A DNA stretch of 33,445 bases from a virus (IMGVR_UViG_3300032324_000165:1-33445), one strand, 5' to 3'. Counted from the first letter of the stretch, positions 17,572-25,777 are shown. The notes: a model not told the origin generated them from the sequence alone. Made by a program: numbers and translations.

Positions 17572-17784
17572 ATGCTTATAATCAAGTGGTTAGGTACGAT
17601 TTTATGTTTAGCTGGTATTGCGCTAACAAGCTTTAACGTATATCCAGTTAATATAGTGCTTAGTCTTATAGGTAGTGCATTATGGACGTTTGCAGGTTGG
17701 GCTCAAAAAGATACACCTTTGTTTTTAGTTGAGCTTGTTGCTGTAATTTTTTATATAGCCGGAATAATTACCTTTTTTAACTAA
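17572..17784 (+). CDS. Small three-TM membrane protein
   Basis: Almost entirely hydrophobic (KWLGTILCLAGIALTSFN...). Likely start at 17572. Confidence 0.65.
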   Translation: MLIIKWLGTILCLAGIALTSFNVYPVNIVLSLIGSALWTFAGWAQKDTPLFLVELVAVIFYIAGIITFFN

Positions 17785-17792
17785 GGTTGAAT

Positions 17793-18263
17793 ATGAGTAC
17801 GATTATTGGTGACTGGACTAGAAAGATTATTGTTACGGATAGCCAGGTATCAGATGACGATTCCGACACAAAAAACTTTCAGAACGAAAAAGTATTTAGG
17901 GTGCCTCAAGGCCTACTCGCGGGTGCGGGAGACTTTATAAGCATTCAGACAGTTGTTGAATACTTTAAGAACGATAAAAAAGGTAAAGCCCCAATCATTA
18001 AAGATGCCGATGATGCCGATTTTATGCTGTTGGCTAATGATGGTTTATACGTTTCTGGTAAAGACCTAAGATTTCAAAAAGTCCCAACCTACGAAGCTTT
18101 AGGTAGTGGCACAATGGCGGTTTTAGCTGCTATGGTTTTGGGACATACAGCTGAAGAAGCATGCTGGGCGGCCACACAAAGCGACCTATACTCTGGCGGG
18201 GACGTAAAAGTTTACTCGTTGAACGATAAAGAATTTACTGTGTGGAAACGAAATGCCGTTTAA
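17793..18263 (+). CDS. Proteasome-beta/HslV-like Ntn-hydrolase (peptidase)
   Basis: N-terminal M-S-T-I-I-G..., TDSQ, K at the position equivalent to K33 (NEKVF), AGAG, ALGSG, and D..SGG.V.V, following the T1 peptidase layout. Confidence 0.72.
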   Translation: MSTIIGDWTRKIIVTDSQVSDDDSDTKNFQNEKVFRVPQGLLAGAGDFISIQTVVEYFKNDKKGKAPIIKDADDADFMLLANDGLYVSGKDLRFQKVPTYEALGSGTMAVLAAMVLGHTAEEACWAATQSDLYSGGDVKVYSLNDKEFTVWKRNAV

Positions 18264-18636
18264 AGACCCAGAAGTACGGCGCGTAAGGCAGGCTGTTTAC
18301 TCAAGAACATACTATGAAAAAAACCAAAAAGAAGTAATACGGAAAGTAAACGCAAAGAAAAAGATACATAAAACGTGGTTTGTAAACTATAAGAAACAAC
18401 TTGCTTGCGTGACTTGCGGGTATAACCACCCCGCAGCACTAGATTTTCACCACGTAGAACAAAAGAAATCTAACCGAAAAATACATAAACTAGTCAGTGA
18501 TGGGCACACCAAAAAACGTATTTTAGAAGAGATAGATAAGTGCGTGGTTTTGTGCTCTAACTGCCATCGGGAACACCACCACGATGAACGACAAATAATT
18601 AAACAAAAAACTTGCAAACAAACAAAAATAGAGTAA
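18253..18636 (+). CDS. HNH endonuclease
   Basis: CVTCG...LDFHH...KCVVLCSNCHREHH. Confidence 0.85.
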   Translation: MPFKDPEVRRVRQAVYSRTYYEKNQKEVIRKVNAKKKIHKTWFVNYKKQLACVTCGYNHPAALDFHHVEQKKSNRKIHKLVSDGHTKKRILEEIDKCVVLCSNCHREHHHDERQIIKQKTCKQTKIE

Positions 18637-18639
18637 TAT
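18612..18639 (+). promoter_or_regulatory. Possible sigma70-like promoter
   Basis: TTGCAA, 16-nt spacer, TAATAT, immediately upstream of the structured leader. Confidence 0.4.
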
Positions 18640-18647
18640 TAGGAAAA

Positions 18648-18720
18648 CCGGGATTAACCGGCTTATTAGACTGCCCCGGCAGACGCATACAAGACTAATA
18701 AGCTTAACTTTGTATGGAGA
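18648..18720 (+). ncRNA. Putative pseudoknotted (kissing-hairpin) cis-regulatory leader
   Basis: P1 18648-52/18675-79, P2 18661-69/18695-703, P3 18686-92/18710-16. P3 overlaps the GGAG RBS. Confidence 0.5.
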
Positions 18721-18726
18721 TTTAAA

Positions 18727-19182
18727 ATGGGTACAACTACTTTTTCAGGACCAGTAAAAGCTGGCAACATTCCAAACACAACAGGTACAACAGTTGGTAC
18801 AGACATAGCTAACGTTGGTTACGTGTTAATGGGCCAGTCAGCTGTTATTGACATTATTGGTGCAGCGGCTACTACAACAGTTGCAACAATTCCAGCAAAT
18901 TCACAAATCGTTGACGTTATTCTTAACGTTACTACAGTAAGCAATGATTCAAACGCAGCAGCAGTTATTGTTGGTGTGTCAGGCGATACAAACGCTTTTA
19001 TTCCATCAACATCTGTTAAAACACTAGCTACAACACGTGGTACTTTGGATACAGAAGCAACTGATGTAGGCGCTACTGACGTTCAAGTTATTGCTACATT
19101 TACTCCAACTGACGGCAACGGCACTACTGGTGCCGCTACAGTTACTGTTCTTTACTTGCAAGCTAATAACTTAACAGCTTAA
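18727..19182 (+). CDS. Putative virion structural protein (beta-sandwich)
   Basis: MGTTTFSGPVKAG...TIPANSQIVDV...TVTVLY; T/V/A-rich; late region. Confidence 0.6.
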   Translation: MGTTTFSGPVKAGNIPNTTGTTVGTDIANVGYVLMGQSAVIDIIGAAATTTVATIPANSQIVDVILNVTTVSNDSNAAAVIVGVSGDTNAFIPSTSVKTLATTRGTLDTEATDVGATDVQVIATFTPTDGNGTTGAATVTVLYLQANNLTA

Positions 19183-19189
19183 TTAATCT

Positions 19190-19203
19190 GGGGGTTCGCC
19201 CCC
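19190..19203 (+). other. GGGGG-TTCG-CCCCC intergenic hairpin (stabiliser or processing site)
   Basis: Perfect 5-bp GC stem with UUCG loop and no U-tract. Confidence 0.5.
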
Positions 19204-19226
19204 GCTAACAATTTAGGAGATTAATT

Positions 19227-19748
19227 ATGGGTATGCAATATGACGTAAAACAAGGCCATTTAAACCAAAGTGGTTTCTTTGTTCTTGGACGCAATCGTGT
19301 CAAAGGCGTTTCTTGGTATGGTTCTTCTGCAGATGGCACTTTAGTGTTGTTTGATACAACCACAGCCCCAGTAACTGCAAGCGTTACTTATGAACGTGCA
19401 GGAACTTTAGTAACAGTAACTAAAACTGCTCACGGATTAAATACTGGCGATATTGTTGGTATTCATTTTAATTCGGCTAGTGGTGTAGCAGCAACGGACG
19501 GTAATTATCCCATTACTAGACTTACTGCAAATACATTTACGTTAACCGACATTAATAGCGGGACTGTAGCTAATACGGCGACAGCAGCTTATGTTACTAA
19601 CGCAAATCGTTGGCTATTAACCTATGAAAATGATGCTACTGACACGTTTAGTAATGCCCCTGTCATTCCAGGCGAAGGTGTTTTAGCAACTAATGGCATT
19701 TACGCATTGATGACTAATCTAGGCGCAGCACAAATTTATTATGGCTAA
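19227..19748 (+). CDS. Putative virion protein with an inserted beta-barrel domain
   Basis: Core ...RVKGV...IPGEGVLA.NGIY... interrupted by a VTVTKTAHGLNTGD...TANTFT module. Confidence 0.6.
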   Translation: MGMQYDVKQGHLNQSGFFVLGRNRVKGVSWYGSSADGTLVLFDTTTAPVTASVTYERAGTLVTVTKTAHGLNTGDIVGIHFNSASGVAATDGNYPITRLTANTFTLTDINSGTVANTATAAYVTNANRWLLTYENDATDTFSNAPVIPGEGVLATNGIYALMTNLGAAQIYYG

Positions 19749-20061
19749 GTCACCCGCTTGGACTCGCAAAGAAGGTAAGTCTGAATCCGGAGGCTTAAAT
19801 GCCAAAGGTCGGGCTTCTTACAATGCAGCTAACCCAGGGAAACCTGGGCTTAAGCGTCCTCAACCAGAGGGTGGCTCACGCCGTGATTCTTTCTGCGCTC
19901 GTATGAAGGGCATGAAGAAGAAGTTAACTTCAGCTAAGACAGCGAATGACCCAGATTCACGCATCAACAAGTCATTACGTGCTTGGAACTGCAAAGAAGG
20001 CGGGTCTGTTCGTGGCGGTGGCTGCAAGATTCGTGGCAAGACTAAAGGTAAGATGGTATGA
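19741..20061 (+). CDS. Small basic protein (DUF6321-like) with C-terminal GKTKG tag
   Basis: GGLNAKGR...RRDSFCARM...SRINKSLRAWNC, then KEGGSVRGGGCKIRGKTKGKMV. Confidence 0.7.
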   Translation: MAKSPAWTRKEGKSESGGLNAKGRASYNAANPGKPGLKRPQPEGGSRRDSFCARMKGMKKKLTSAKTANDPDSRINKSLRAWNCKEGGSVRGGGCKIRGKTKGKMV

Positions 20062-20300
20062 GCGATTTAATGGAACAAGCCAGAGAACTAGCTACGCACG
20101 CATCTGAAATCAGACATCTACAGGATGACATGGACAAGCTTGTTAGCGACATGGAAGAAGTAAAAAAGTCTCTTGCTGAAATTAATAAGACTCTTTCCGA
20201 AGCTAAAGGTGGCTGGAAAACCTTGATGGCTATAGGTGGCGCGGTTAGTTTTATAACAGGTATTGCCGGTTTTGTTGCCGGTTATTGGGGGCAAAAATAA
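20058..20300 (+). CDS. Coiled-coil protein with C-terminal TM helix
   Basis: Heptad repeats followed by GGWKTLMAIGGAVSFITGIAGFVAG. Confidence 0.7.
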   Translation: MSDLMEQARELATHASEIRHLQDDMDKLVSDMEEVKKSLAEINKTLSEAKGGWKTLMAIGGAVSFITGIAGFVAGYWGQK

Positions 20301-20800
20301 TGCCAAGTACATCTAAAAAACAACACGGGTTTATGGCTGCTGTGGCTAACAACCCAAAATTTGCCAAGAAAGTTGGCGTACCTAAATCCGTAGGAGCAGA
20401 GTTTATGAAGGCAGATAAAGGTCGTAAATTTAAAGAGGGCGGTGCCCTAAAGCAAACCGATGCTGAGACCAGTCCAGGCTTAGCTAAACTACCAACTGAA
20501 GTGAGGAATAAAATGGGATACATGAAAAAAGGCGGCGACATTAAAGAGTCTAAAGCAATGGTTAAAAAAGAGATTGGCTTTATGAAAAAAGCCGGTGCTC
20601 CTGCTTCTATGATTAAGCACGAGAAAGCTGAAGCCAAAGGCATGAAAAAAGGCGGTATGGCTGAGTGCAAGACTGTGGCTAAAAAAGAAGTTAAAGGTCA
20701 CGAGAAGCGTATGCACGGTATGGCTAAAGGTGGCGGCATTGAAGTTCGCGGCAAAACCAAAGGCACAATGGTTAAGATGAAACGTGGCGGAAGCTGTTAA
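20300..20800 (+). CDS. Small basic modular protein with multiple xKxGG linkers
   Basis: Start MPSTSKKQH at 20300. Contains FKEGG, MKKGG x2, MAKGG, MKRGG and RGKTKG. Confidence 0.75.
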   Translation: MPSTSKKQHGFMAAVANNPKFAKKVGVPKSVGAEFMKADKGRKFKEGGALKQTDAETSPGLAKLPTEVRNKMGYMKKGGDIKESKAMVKKEIGFMKKAGAPASMIKHEKAEAKGMKKGGMAECKTVAKKEVKGHEKRMHGMAKGGGIEVRGKTKGTMVKMKRGGSC

Positions 20801-20802
20801 TC

Positions 20803-21054
20803 ATGGAACTTGCTAAAAAGCTTTATGAAAACGTAATGGGTACACCTGAGCAGAATGAAAAAGCCAAGAAAGAAATGGCTGAACAAGATGCTAAGAACCC
20901 TGACACAACACAAGCCAAAGTAAACCGCATGATTGAAAAAGTTAAACCGACCAAGGAGCCAGTTAAAAAGGCTAAGGGTGGCATGATTTCTTCAGCTTCT
21001 AAGCGTGCTGATGGTTGTGCTGTTAAAGGTAAAACTCGTGGAAAGATTGTTTAA
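20803..21054 (+). CDS. Small protein with C-terminal SSASKRADGCAVKGKTRGKIV tag
   Basis: 83-aa ORF with the shared tag. Confidence 0.75.
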   Translation: MELAKKLYENVMGTPEQNEKAKKEMAEQDAKNPDTTQAKVNRMIEKVKPTKEPVKKAKGGMISSASKRADGCAVKGKTRGKIV

Positions 21055-21332
21055 TGGCGTTCAAAGACGTTCTAAAAGCAGTTAGCCCTGTGGCTATGAT
21101 TGCTGACAAAAACCCAGACATGCTTCGTGGTTTAGGCTTGGTAGGTAATATTGCTGCCAATAAACTAGAAGACCGTGAAGAGCGTAAACGTCGTGAAGCT
21201 CAGGCAGGTATGGTTCCAGGTCAAGGCGGTCAAGCTCCAATGCCTATGAAAAAAGGCGGTAAAGTATCTTCAGCCTCTAAACGTGCTGATGGATGCGCTA
21301 TCAAAGGTAAAACTCGTGGAAAGATGGTGTAA
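21054..21332 (+). CDS. Small protein with C-terminal SSASKRADGCAIKGKTRGKMV tag
   Basis: 92-aa ORF with the shared tag; TAATG coupling. Confidence 0.75.
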   Translation: MAFKDVLKAVSPVAMIADKNPDMLRGLGLVGNIAANKLEDREERKRREAQAGMVPGQGGQAPMPMKKGGKVSSASKRADGCAIKGKTRGKMV

Positions 21333-21334
21333 TC

Positions 21335-21727
21335 ATGGCTACACAAGGCGAATTAGACTTAGACGGCTTTAATAATCCGGCTGAAAAATACACTAAAGAG
21401 CAGTTCCAAAAAATGGAACAGGAACGTTACGCCACTGAAAAGCGTCAGAATGACGAGCGAGATAAAGCTATAGATAAAGCTAAAGCCCGTAAAGCCGAGA
21501 ACGAAGAGTTTAAAGATAAGCGCGTTAAAGCCAGCCCTTTAGTTGTTGAAGCTGAACTAGCTAAAATGAAAGAACTAACTGCACCTAAATCAAAAGGTGG
21601 TGGCGGTATGCCGTCAGACAAGATGGATAAAATGAAGAAGATGAACTACAAGTCCGGTGGTACAGTTAAATCTTCAGCTTCATCACGTGCAGACGGATGC
21701 GCAATCCGTGGAAAGACAAGAGCTTAA
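21335..21727 (+). CDS. Small charged protein with C-terminal SSASSRADGCAIRGKTRA tag
   Basis: 130-aa ORF with the shared tag. Confidence 0.75.
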   Translation: MATQGELDLDGFNNPAEKYTKEQFQKMEQERYATEKRQNDERDKAIDKAKARKAENEEFKDKRVKASPLVVEAELAKMKELTAPKSKGGGGMPSDKMDKMKKMNYKSGGTVKSSASSRADGCAIRGKTRA

Positions 21728-21728
21728 T

Positions 21729-22013
21729 ATGAGACCTAGTCGTGGTATGGGTGATATAAACCCAAGCAAAATGCCTAAAGGGAAAAAGAAAGCCCGTAGG
21801 GACGATACTGACTTTACGCAATACGCTGAAGGTGGTAAGGTTAAGTCTAAGGTAAATGCTGCAGGTAACTACACAAAGCCTGGATTACGTAAGCGTATAT
21901 TCAATAGCATCAAAGCAGCTGCTGTACAAGGCACTGGTGCCGGTCAGTGGTCAGCCCGTAAAGCACAGTTAATGGCAAAACGATATAAAGCAGCAGGTGG
22001 TGGTTACAAGTGA
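21729..22013 (+). CDS. Small basic protein (two modules joined at YAEGG)
   Basis: Start MRPSRGMG at 21729. The second module is VNAAGNYTKP...GQWSARKAQL. Confidence 0.7.
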   Translation: MRPSRGMGDINPSKMPKGKKKARRDDTDFTQYAEGGKVKSKVNAAGNYTKPGLRKRIFNSIKAAAVQGTGAGQWSARKAQLMAKRYKAAGGGYK

Positions 22014-22363
22014 CAACTTGGTCAGCCAAACGCAAGAAGGCGGTAGACTGTGATAACCCAAAAGGTTTCTCAGAGAAAGCTCATTGCGCTGGTAAAAAGA
22101 AAAAATTAGCTGGAGGTGGTCTTGCAGAAAGTCAGCGCTCTCTTAAATCTTGGGGTGACCAAAAGTGGACGACTAAGTCTGGGAAACGTTCAAGTGATAC
22201 TGGAGAACGATACTTGCCAGAAAAAGCAATCAAAGCGTTGTCACCTGCTGAATATGCAGCCACAACCAAAGCAAAACGAGCAGGAAAAGCAGCTGGAAAA
22301 CAGTTTGTAGCCCAGCCAAAGAGCGTTAAACAGAAAGTAAAGCCGTACAGGAAAGTAAAATGA
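22010..22363 (+). CDS. Small basic protein (DUF5872-like C-terminal module)
   Basis: CDNPKGFSEKAHC module, LAGGG linker, then QRSLKSW...GERYLP...KQFVAQP. Confidence 0.65.
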   Translation: MTTWSAKRKKAVDCDNPKGFSEKAHCAGKKKKLAGGGLAESQRSLKSWGDQKWTTKSGKRSSDTGERYLPEKAIKALSPAEYAATTKAKRAGKAAGKQFVAQPKSVKQKVKPYRKVK

Positions 22364-22491
22364 CAACGATAACTCTGTACCCGATTACAGGCGTCATGTT
22401 GGGTATAGAGCTACAGAAGTTTGAAGAATGCAATGTTTTAGTTATAGATTTACTAATCTTAAGAATAATGATTGAACGGGATTCACCATGA
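22360..22491 (+). CDS. Hypothetical 43-aa protein (not in ORF track)
   Basis: MTTITLYPITGVMLGIELQKFEECNVLVIDLLILRIMIERDSP, with ATGA overlaps at both ends. Confidence 0.6.
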   Translation: MTTITLYPITGVMLGIELQKFEECNVLVIDLLILRIMIERDSP

Positions 22492-23420
22492 GTACATCAG
22501 GTACAACGTCCTTTAACTTAGACCTAAATAACATCGTCGAAGAAGCCTTCGAGCGTTGTGGTCTAGAGTCACGTACTGGTTACGACCTAAAAACTGCCAG
22601 ACGTTCAATGAACTTGATGGCGATTGAGTGGGCAAACCGCGGTATCAACTTATGGACAGTTGAGCAGCAATCTATTCCTATGGTGACTGGGCAGCCTATC
22701 TACCCGTTGCCTGTAGACACAATTGATATTCTTGACGCTGTTATTCGTACACAAAATGGCAGCACATCTAATCAGATTGACATCAACATCAGCCGTATTG
22801 CAGAGCCGACTTACATGTCAATCCCTAATAAGCTAACAACTGGACGTCCAATCCAGATGTATGTTAACCGCCAATCAGGTATGGAAAATGCGATATCTGC
22901 TACTCTTGTTGGGAATATTAGTGCTACCGATACTACTATTACTCTTAGCTCTACAGCTAATGTAGCGTCTGTTGGATTCATTAAGATTGACAACGAAACC
23001 ATCAGCTATTCAAACGTCATTGGTAATCAGTTGATTAACTGTTACCGCGGGCAAAACGGTACAACTGCAGCGGCCCACGTAACTGGGGCGTCAATTACCG
23101 TACAGAATTTACCATGCGTAAATCTATGGCCTACACCTAACCCGCCAGGAAACCAGTATACGTTTGTGTATTACCGTTTACGCCGGATGCAAGATGCCGG
23201 TACTGGCGGGACCTACGAACAAGATATCCCTTTCCGTTTGTTACCATGCTTTGTAGCAGGGCTGGCATATCATATGGCTATGAAGAAGCCGGAAGTTGAC
23301 CCTAACCGCATCATGATGTTGCAAGCCGACTATGAGAAACAATGGGACCTAGCTTCTTCTGAGGATAGAGACAAATCTTCAGTGCGTTTTGTACCACGTA
23401 ACATGTTTTATTACAGGTAA
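22488..23420 (+). CDS. Putative head-tail adaptor/connector protein with inserted beta domain
   Basis: Helical N-terminus (IVEEAFERCG...ARRSMNL...EWANRGINLW), LWPTP, helical C-terminus (AGLAYH), and an insert ending RGQNGTTAAAH. Confidence 0.55.
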   Translation: MSTSGTTSFNLDLNNIVEEAFERCGLESRTGYDLKTARRSMNLMAIEWANRGINLWTVEQQSIPMVTGQPIYPLPVDTIDILDAVIRTQNGSTSNQIDINISRIAEPTYMSIPNKLTTGRPIQMYVNRQSGMENAISATLVGNISATDTTITLSSTANVASVGFIKIDNETISYSNVIGNQLINCYRGQNGTTAAAHVTGASITVQNLPCVNLWPTPNPPGNQYTFVYYRLRRMQDAGTGGTYEQDIPFRLLPCFVAGLAYHMAMKKPEVDPNRIMMLQADYEKQWDLASSEDRDKSSVRFVPRNMFYYR

Positions 23421-23422
23421 GC

Positions 23423-23845
23423 ATGCCTAATAAGTTTGCGTCAGGTAAAAATGCAATCGCCCAATGTGACCGCTGTGACCAGCGGTACAAGCTAAGTGAG
23501 TTGCGTACCCAGACAGTTAAGACCAAACCCTTTAAAATTAAGGTGTGTAAGGCTTGCTGGGACCCTGACCACCCACAGTTGCAACTTGGTATGTATCCTG
23601 TAAATGACCCACAGGCAGTGCGTGAACCACGTCCTGATTTAAGTTATTTGGTTTCTGGTACAACTGGTTTGCAAGACTTATTAACAGATAGTACAAGTAT
23701 TCAGGGTATAGGTTTCCCTGCTGGAGGTAGTAGAGTAATACAATGGGGGTGGAATCCTGTTGGGTTGGGTAATGATTTTGGACTAACACCAAATACCTTG
23801 CTAGGGCAAGGACAACTTGGTACAGTAACGGTAACAACTAATTAG
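23423..23845 (+). CDS. CxxC-CxxC zinc-binding late protein
   Basis: CDRC...VCKACWDPDHPQL...DPQAVREPRPD. Confidence 0.65.
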   Translation: MPNKFASGKNAIAQCDRCDQRYKLSELRTQTVKTKPFKIKVCKACWDPDHPQLQLGMYPVNDPQAVREPRPDLSYLVSGTTGLQDLLTDSTSIQGIGFPAGGSRVIQWGWNPVGLGNDFGLTPNTLLGQGQLGTVTVTTN

Positions 23846-23854
23846 GAGTAAATT

Positions 23855-24046
23855 ATGTTTAAAAAAGGCGCAGACGGAGTTACTAAACAGGGCAAAACTA
23901 AGGGTAAAAACCTTGGTGATTCAGGCCCAACAGTAGCAGCTCTACATGGCAAAGGCACAAAGACTTCAGGTGGCGGCAAGCGCAACATCGATATGAAGAC
24001 TATGGGTCGTGGCTTAGCTAAAGTTGCTGCTCAAAAGCGAGGTTAA
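23855..24046 (+). CDS. Small basic protein with N-terminal ADG..KQGKTKG motif
   Basis: 63 aa, AGGAG RBS. Confidence 0.7.
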   Translation: MFKKGADGVTKQGKTKGKNLGDSGPTVAALHGKGTKTSGGGKRNIDMKTMGRGLAKVAAQKRG

Positions 24047-24048
24047 TC

Positions 24049-24312
24049 ATGGCTAAGTATTCAATGAAACAAGGTGGCAAAGAAGTAGGACCTGCGGAAG
24101 TTTATGCGGGGCCACATACTATGGACGGCAAGAAAATTACAACGGCTAAAGATGCAGTAACTAAGCCAGGTAATGGCATTGACAAGGTTAATATGTCTGT
24201 TGGTGGTTACAGCAAAGGCAACTACGAGTCAATTAACAAGCATGGCGAAATGAAGATTCGTGGCACAGGTGCAGCTACTAAAGGCACTAAAGCACGCGGT
24301 CCGATGGCATAA
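24049..24312 (+). CDS. Small basic protein with C-terminal RGTGAATKG motif
   Basis: 87 aa, GAGG RBS, MKQGG near the N-terminus. Confidence 0.7.
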   Translation: MAKYSMKQGGKEVGPAEVYAGPHTMDGKKITTAKDAVTKPGNGIDKVNMSVGGYSKGNYESINKHGEMKIRGTGAATKGTKARGPMA

Positions 24313-24314
24313 AT

Positions 24315-24998
24315 ATGAACTACGCAGAACTGTTTGAAACAATAAAAAGCTACGTCGAAAACGACTTCCCAGCCCAGTCTTGGACTGATACGGCTGGTTC
24401 TGGCACGGCTACTATGACTGGTACCGAGCAAATTAATACTTTTATTAAACAAGCAGAACAGCGTATTTTTAACTCAGTTCAGTTGCCGCTAGACCGAGTA
24501 AACGTAATTGGTAATACAACCTCTGGTAATAAGTATTTAAACTTTCCAAGCGGTTGGCTATCAGTATTCTCTTTAGCGGTTATTGACCCTGTAACAGGCG
24601 CTCAGTCTTACCTATTAAACAAAGACGTAGAGTTTATTAGAGAAGCTTACCCAATACCAACGGCTACTGGAACACCGGCTCATTACGCTGTTTTTGATGA
24701 AACTACGTTTATTCTAGGCCCTACCCCAGACGCTAGATACGACATGGAGATGCACTATTACGCATACCCAACATCTATTGTTACTGCCGGTACGAGTTGG
24801 CTTGGTGATAACTTTGACTCAGTTTTACTTTACGGTTCTCTCTTAGAAGCTTATACTTTCATGAAAGGCGAGCCTGACGTAATACAAAACTACACAGCGC
24901 GTTATACCGACGCAATGCTACAGTTGAAACAGTTGGGCGAAGGTAAGAACCGTCAAGATACATACAGAACATTGCAAACAAGGATACCGGTACGATGA
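24315..24998 (+). CDS. Putative adaptor/tail tubular protein
   Basis: MNYAEL...INTFIKQAEQRI...GTPAHYA...LGPTPD...LLYGSLLEAYTFMK, the pattern of podophage adaptor proteins. Confidence 0.6.
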   Translation: MNYAELFETIKSYVENDFPAQSWTDTAGSGTATMTGTEQINTFIKQAEQRIFNSVQLPLDRVNVIGNTTSGNKYLNFPSGWLSVFSLAVIDPVTGAQSYLLNKDVEFIREAYPIPTATGTPAHYAVFDETTFILGPTPDARYDMEMHYYAYPTSIVTAGTSWLGDNFDSVLLYGSLLEAYTFMKGEPDVIQNYTARYTDAMLQLKQLGEGKNRQDTYRTLQTRIPVR

Positions 24999-25285
24999 AC
25001 TTAGATACAGTAGACGGCTTTATAGGTGGGAATGTTTCGGTACTTTCTACATCTGGGCGTGGCTTTACCCCAGAAGAGTTAGCCGAAATGGCGCTAGACA
25101 AGATTGTTTATGTTGGGTCAAAGTCTCACCCAGTGATTCGTGACCAGGCAGAAGCATTTAAAAACAACTTACGGGTTGTTTTGATTCAGTATTTGCAACA
25201 AGCGGTCCGCTCAGACCGTACGACCATTGCTAATCGTTTAAGAGAAGCTGGTCACCCTGAGTTAACTATTTTATTAAAAGATTAA
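24995..25285 (+). CDS. Hypothetical late protein
   Basis: 96 aa, ATGA-coupled. Confidence 0.7.
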   Translation: MNLDTVDGFIGGNVSVLSTSGRGFTPEELAEMALDKIVYVGSKSHPVIRDQAEAFKNNLRVVLIQYLQQAVRSDRTTIANRLREAGHPELTILLKD

Positions 25286-25296
25286 GGAGTCCTTAA

Positions 25297-25770
25297 ATGG
25301 CTATTACTCAAGCAATGTGCACGTCTTTCAAAGCCCAGCTTTTGTTAGGTGTTCACGATTTTCACACTTCTGCTACTGGCGGAGATACTTTTAAATTAGC
25401 TTTGTATACATCTTCAGCAACATTAGATGCTAATACAACTGCTTACACCGCTTCAAACGAAGCTACTGGCGTTACCGCTGGCGGCGGGGCTTTGACTAAC
25501 ATTGGTGTTGGTACAACAAATACTAATGCTACTGCTGGTACAGGTTTTACTGATTTTAGCGATTTAGTGTTTTCAAACGTTACTACAACAGCTCGCGGCG
25601 CGTTGATTTATAACACAACACCGTCACGTACTGATAACGCTAACTCAACGTTGACTAATGCAGCTGTTTGTGTGTTGGACTTTGGTGGTGATAAGACATC
25701 TACTGCAGGTGACTTCACAATCATTTTCCCAGCATTTGACGCATCTAACGCTATTATCCGTATAGCTTAA
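25297..25770 (+). CDS. Putative tail/virion structural protein
   Basis: MAITQAMCTSFK...FKLALYT...ARGALIYN...VLDFGGDK; strong TAAGGAG RBS. Confidence 0.65.
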   Translation: MAITQAMCTSFKAQLLLGVHDFHTSATGGDTFKLALYTSSATLDANTTAYTASNEATGVTAGGGALTNIGVGTTNTNATAGTGFTDFSDLVFSNVTTTARGALIYNTTPSRTDNANSTLTNAAVCVLDFGGDKTSTAGDFTIIFPAFDASNAIIRIA

Positions 25771-25777
25771 TTAAGTT

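Noticed and set aside
20989-21727. Diversity-generating retroelement template/variable repeats
   Set aside because: Differences are mostly synonymous and not adenine-specific, and no reverse transcriptase is present in the window.
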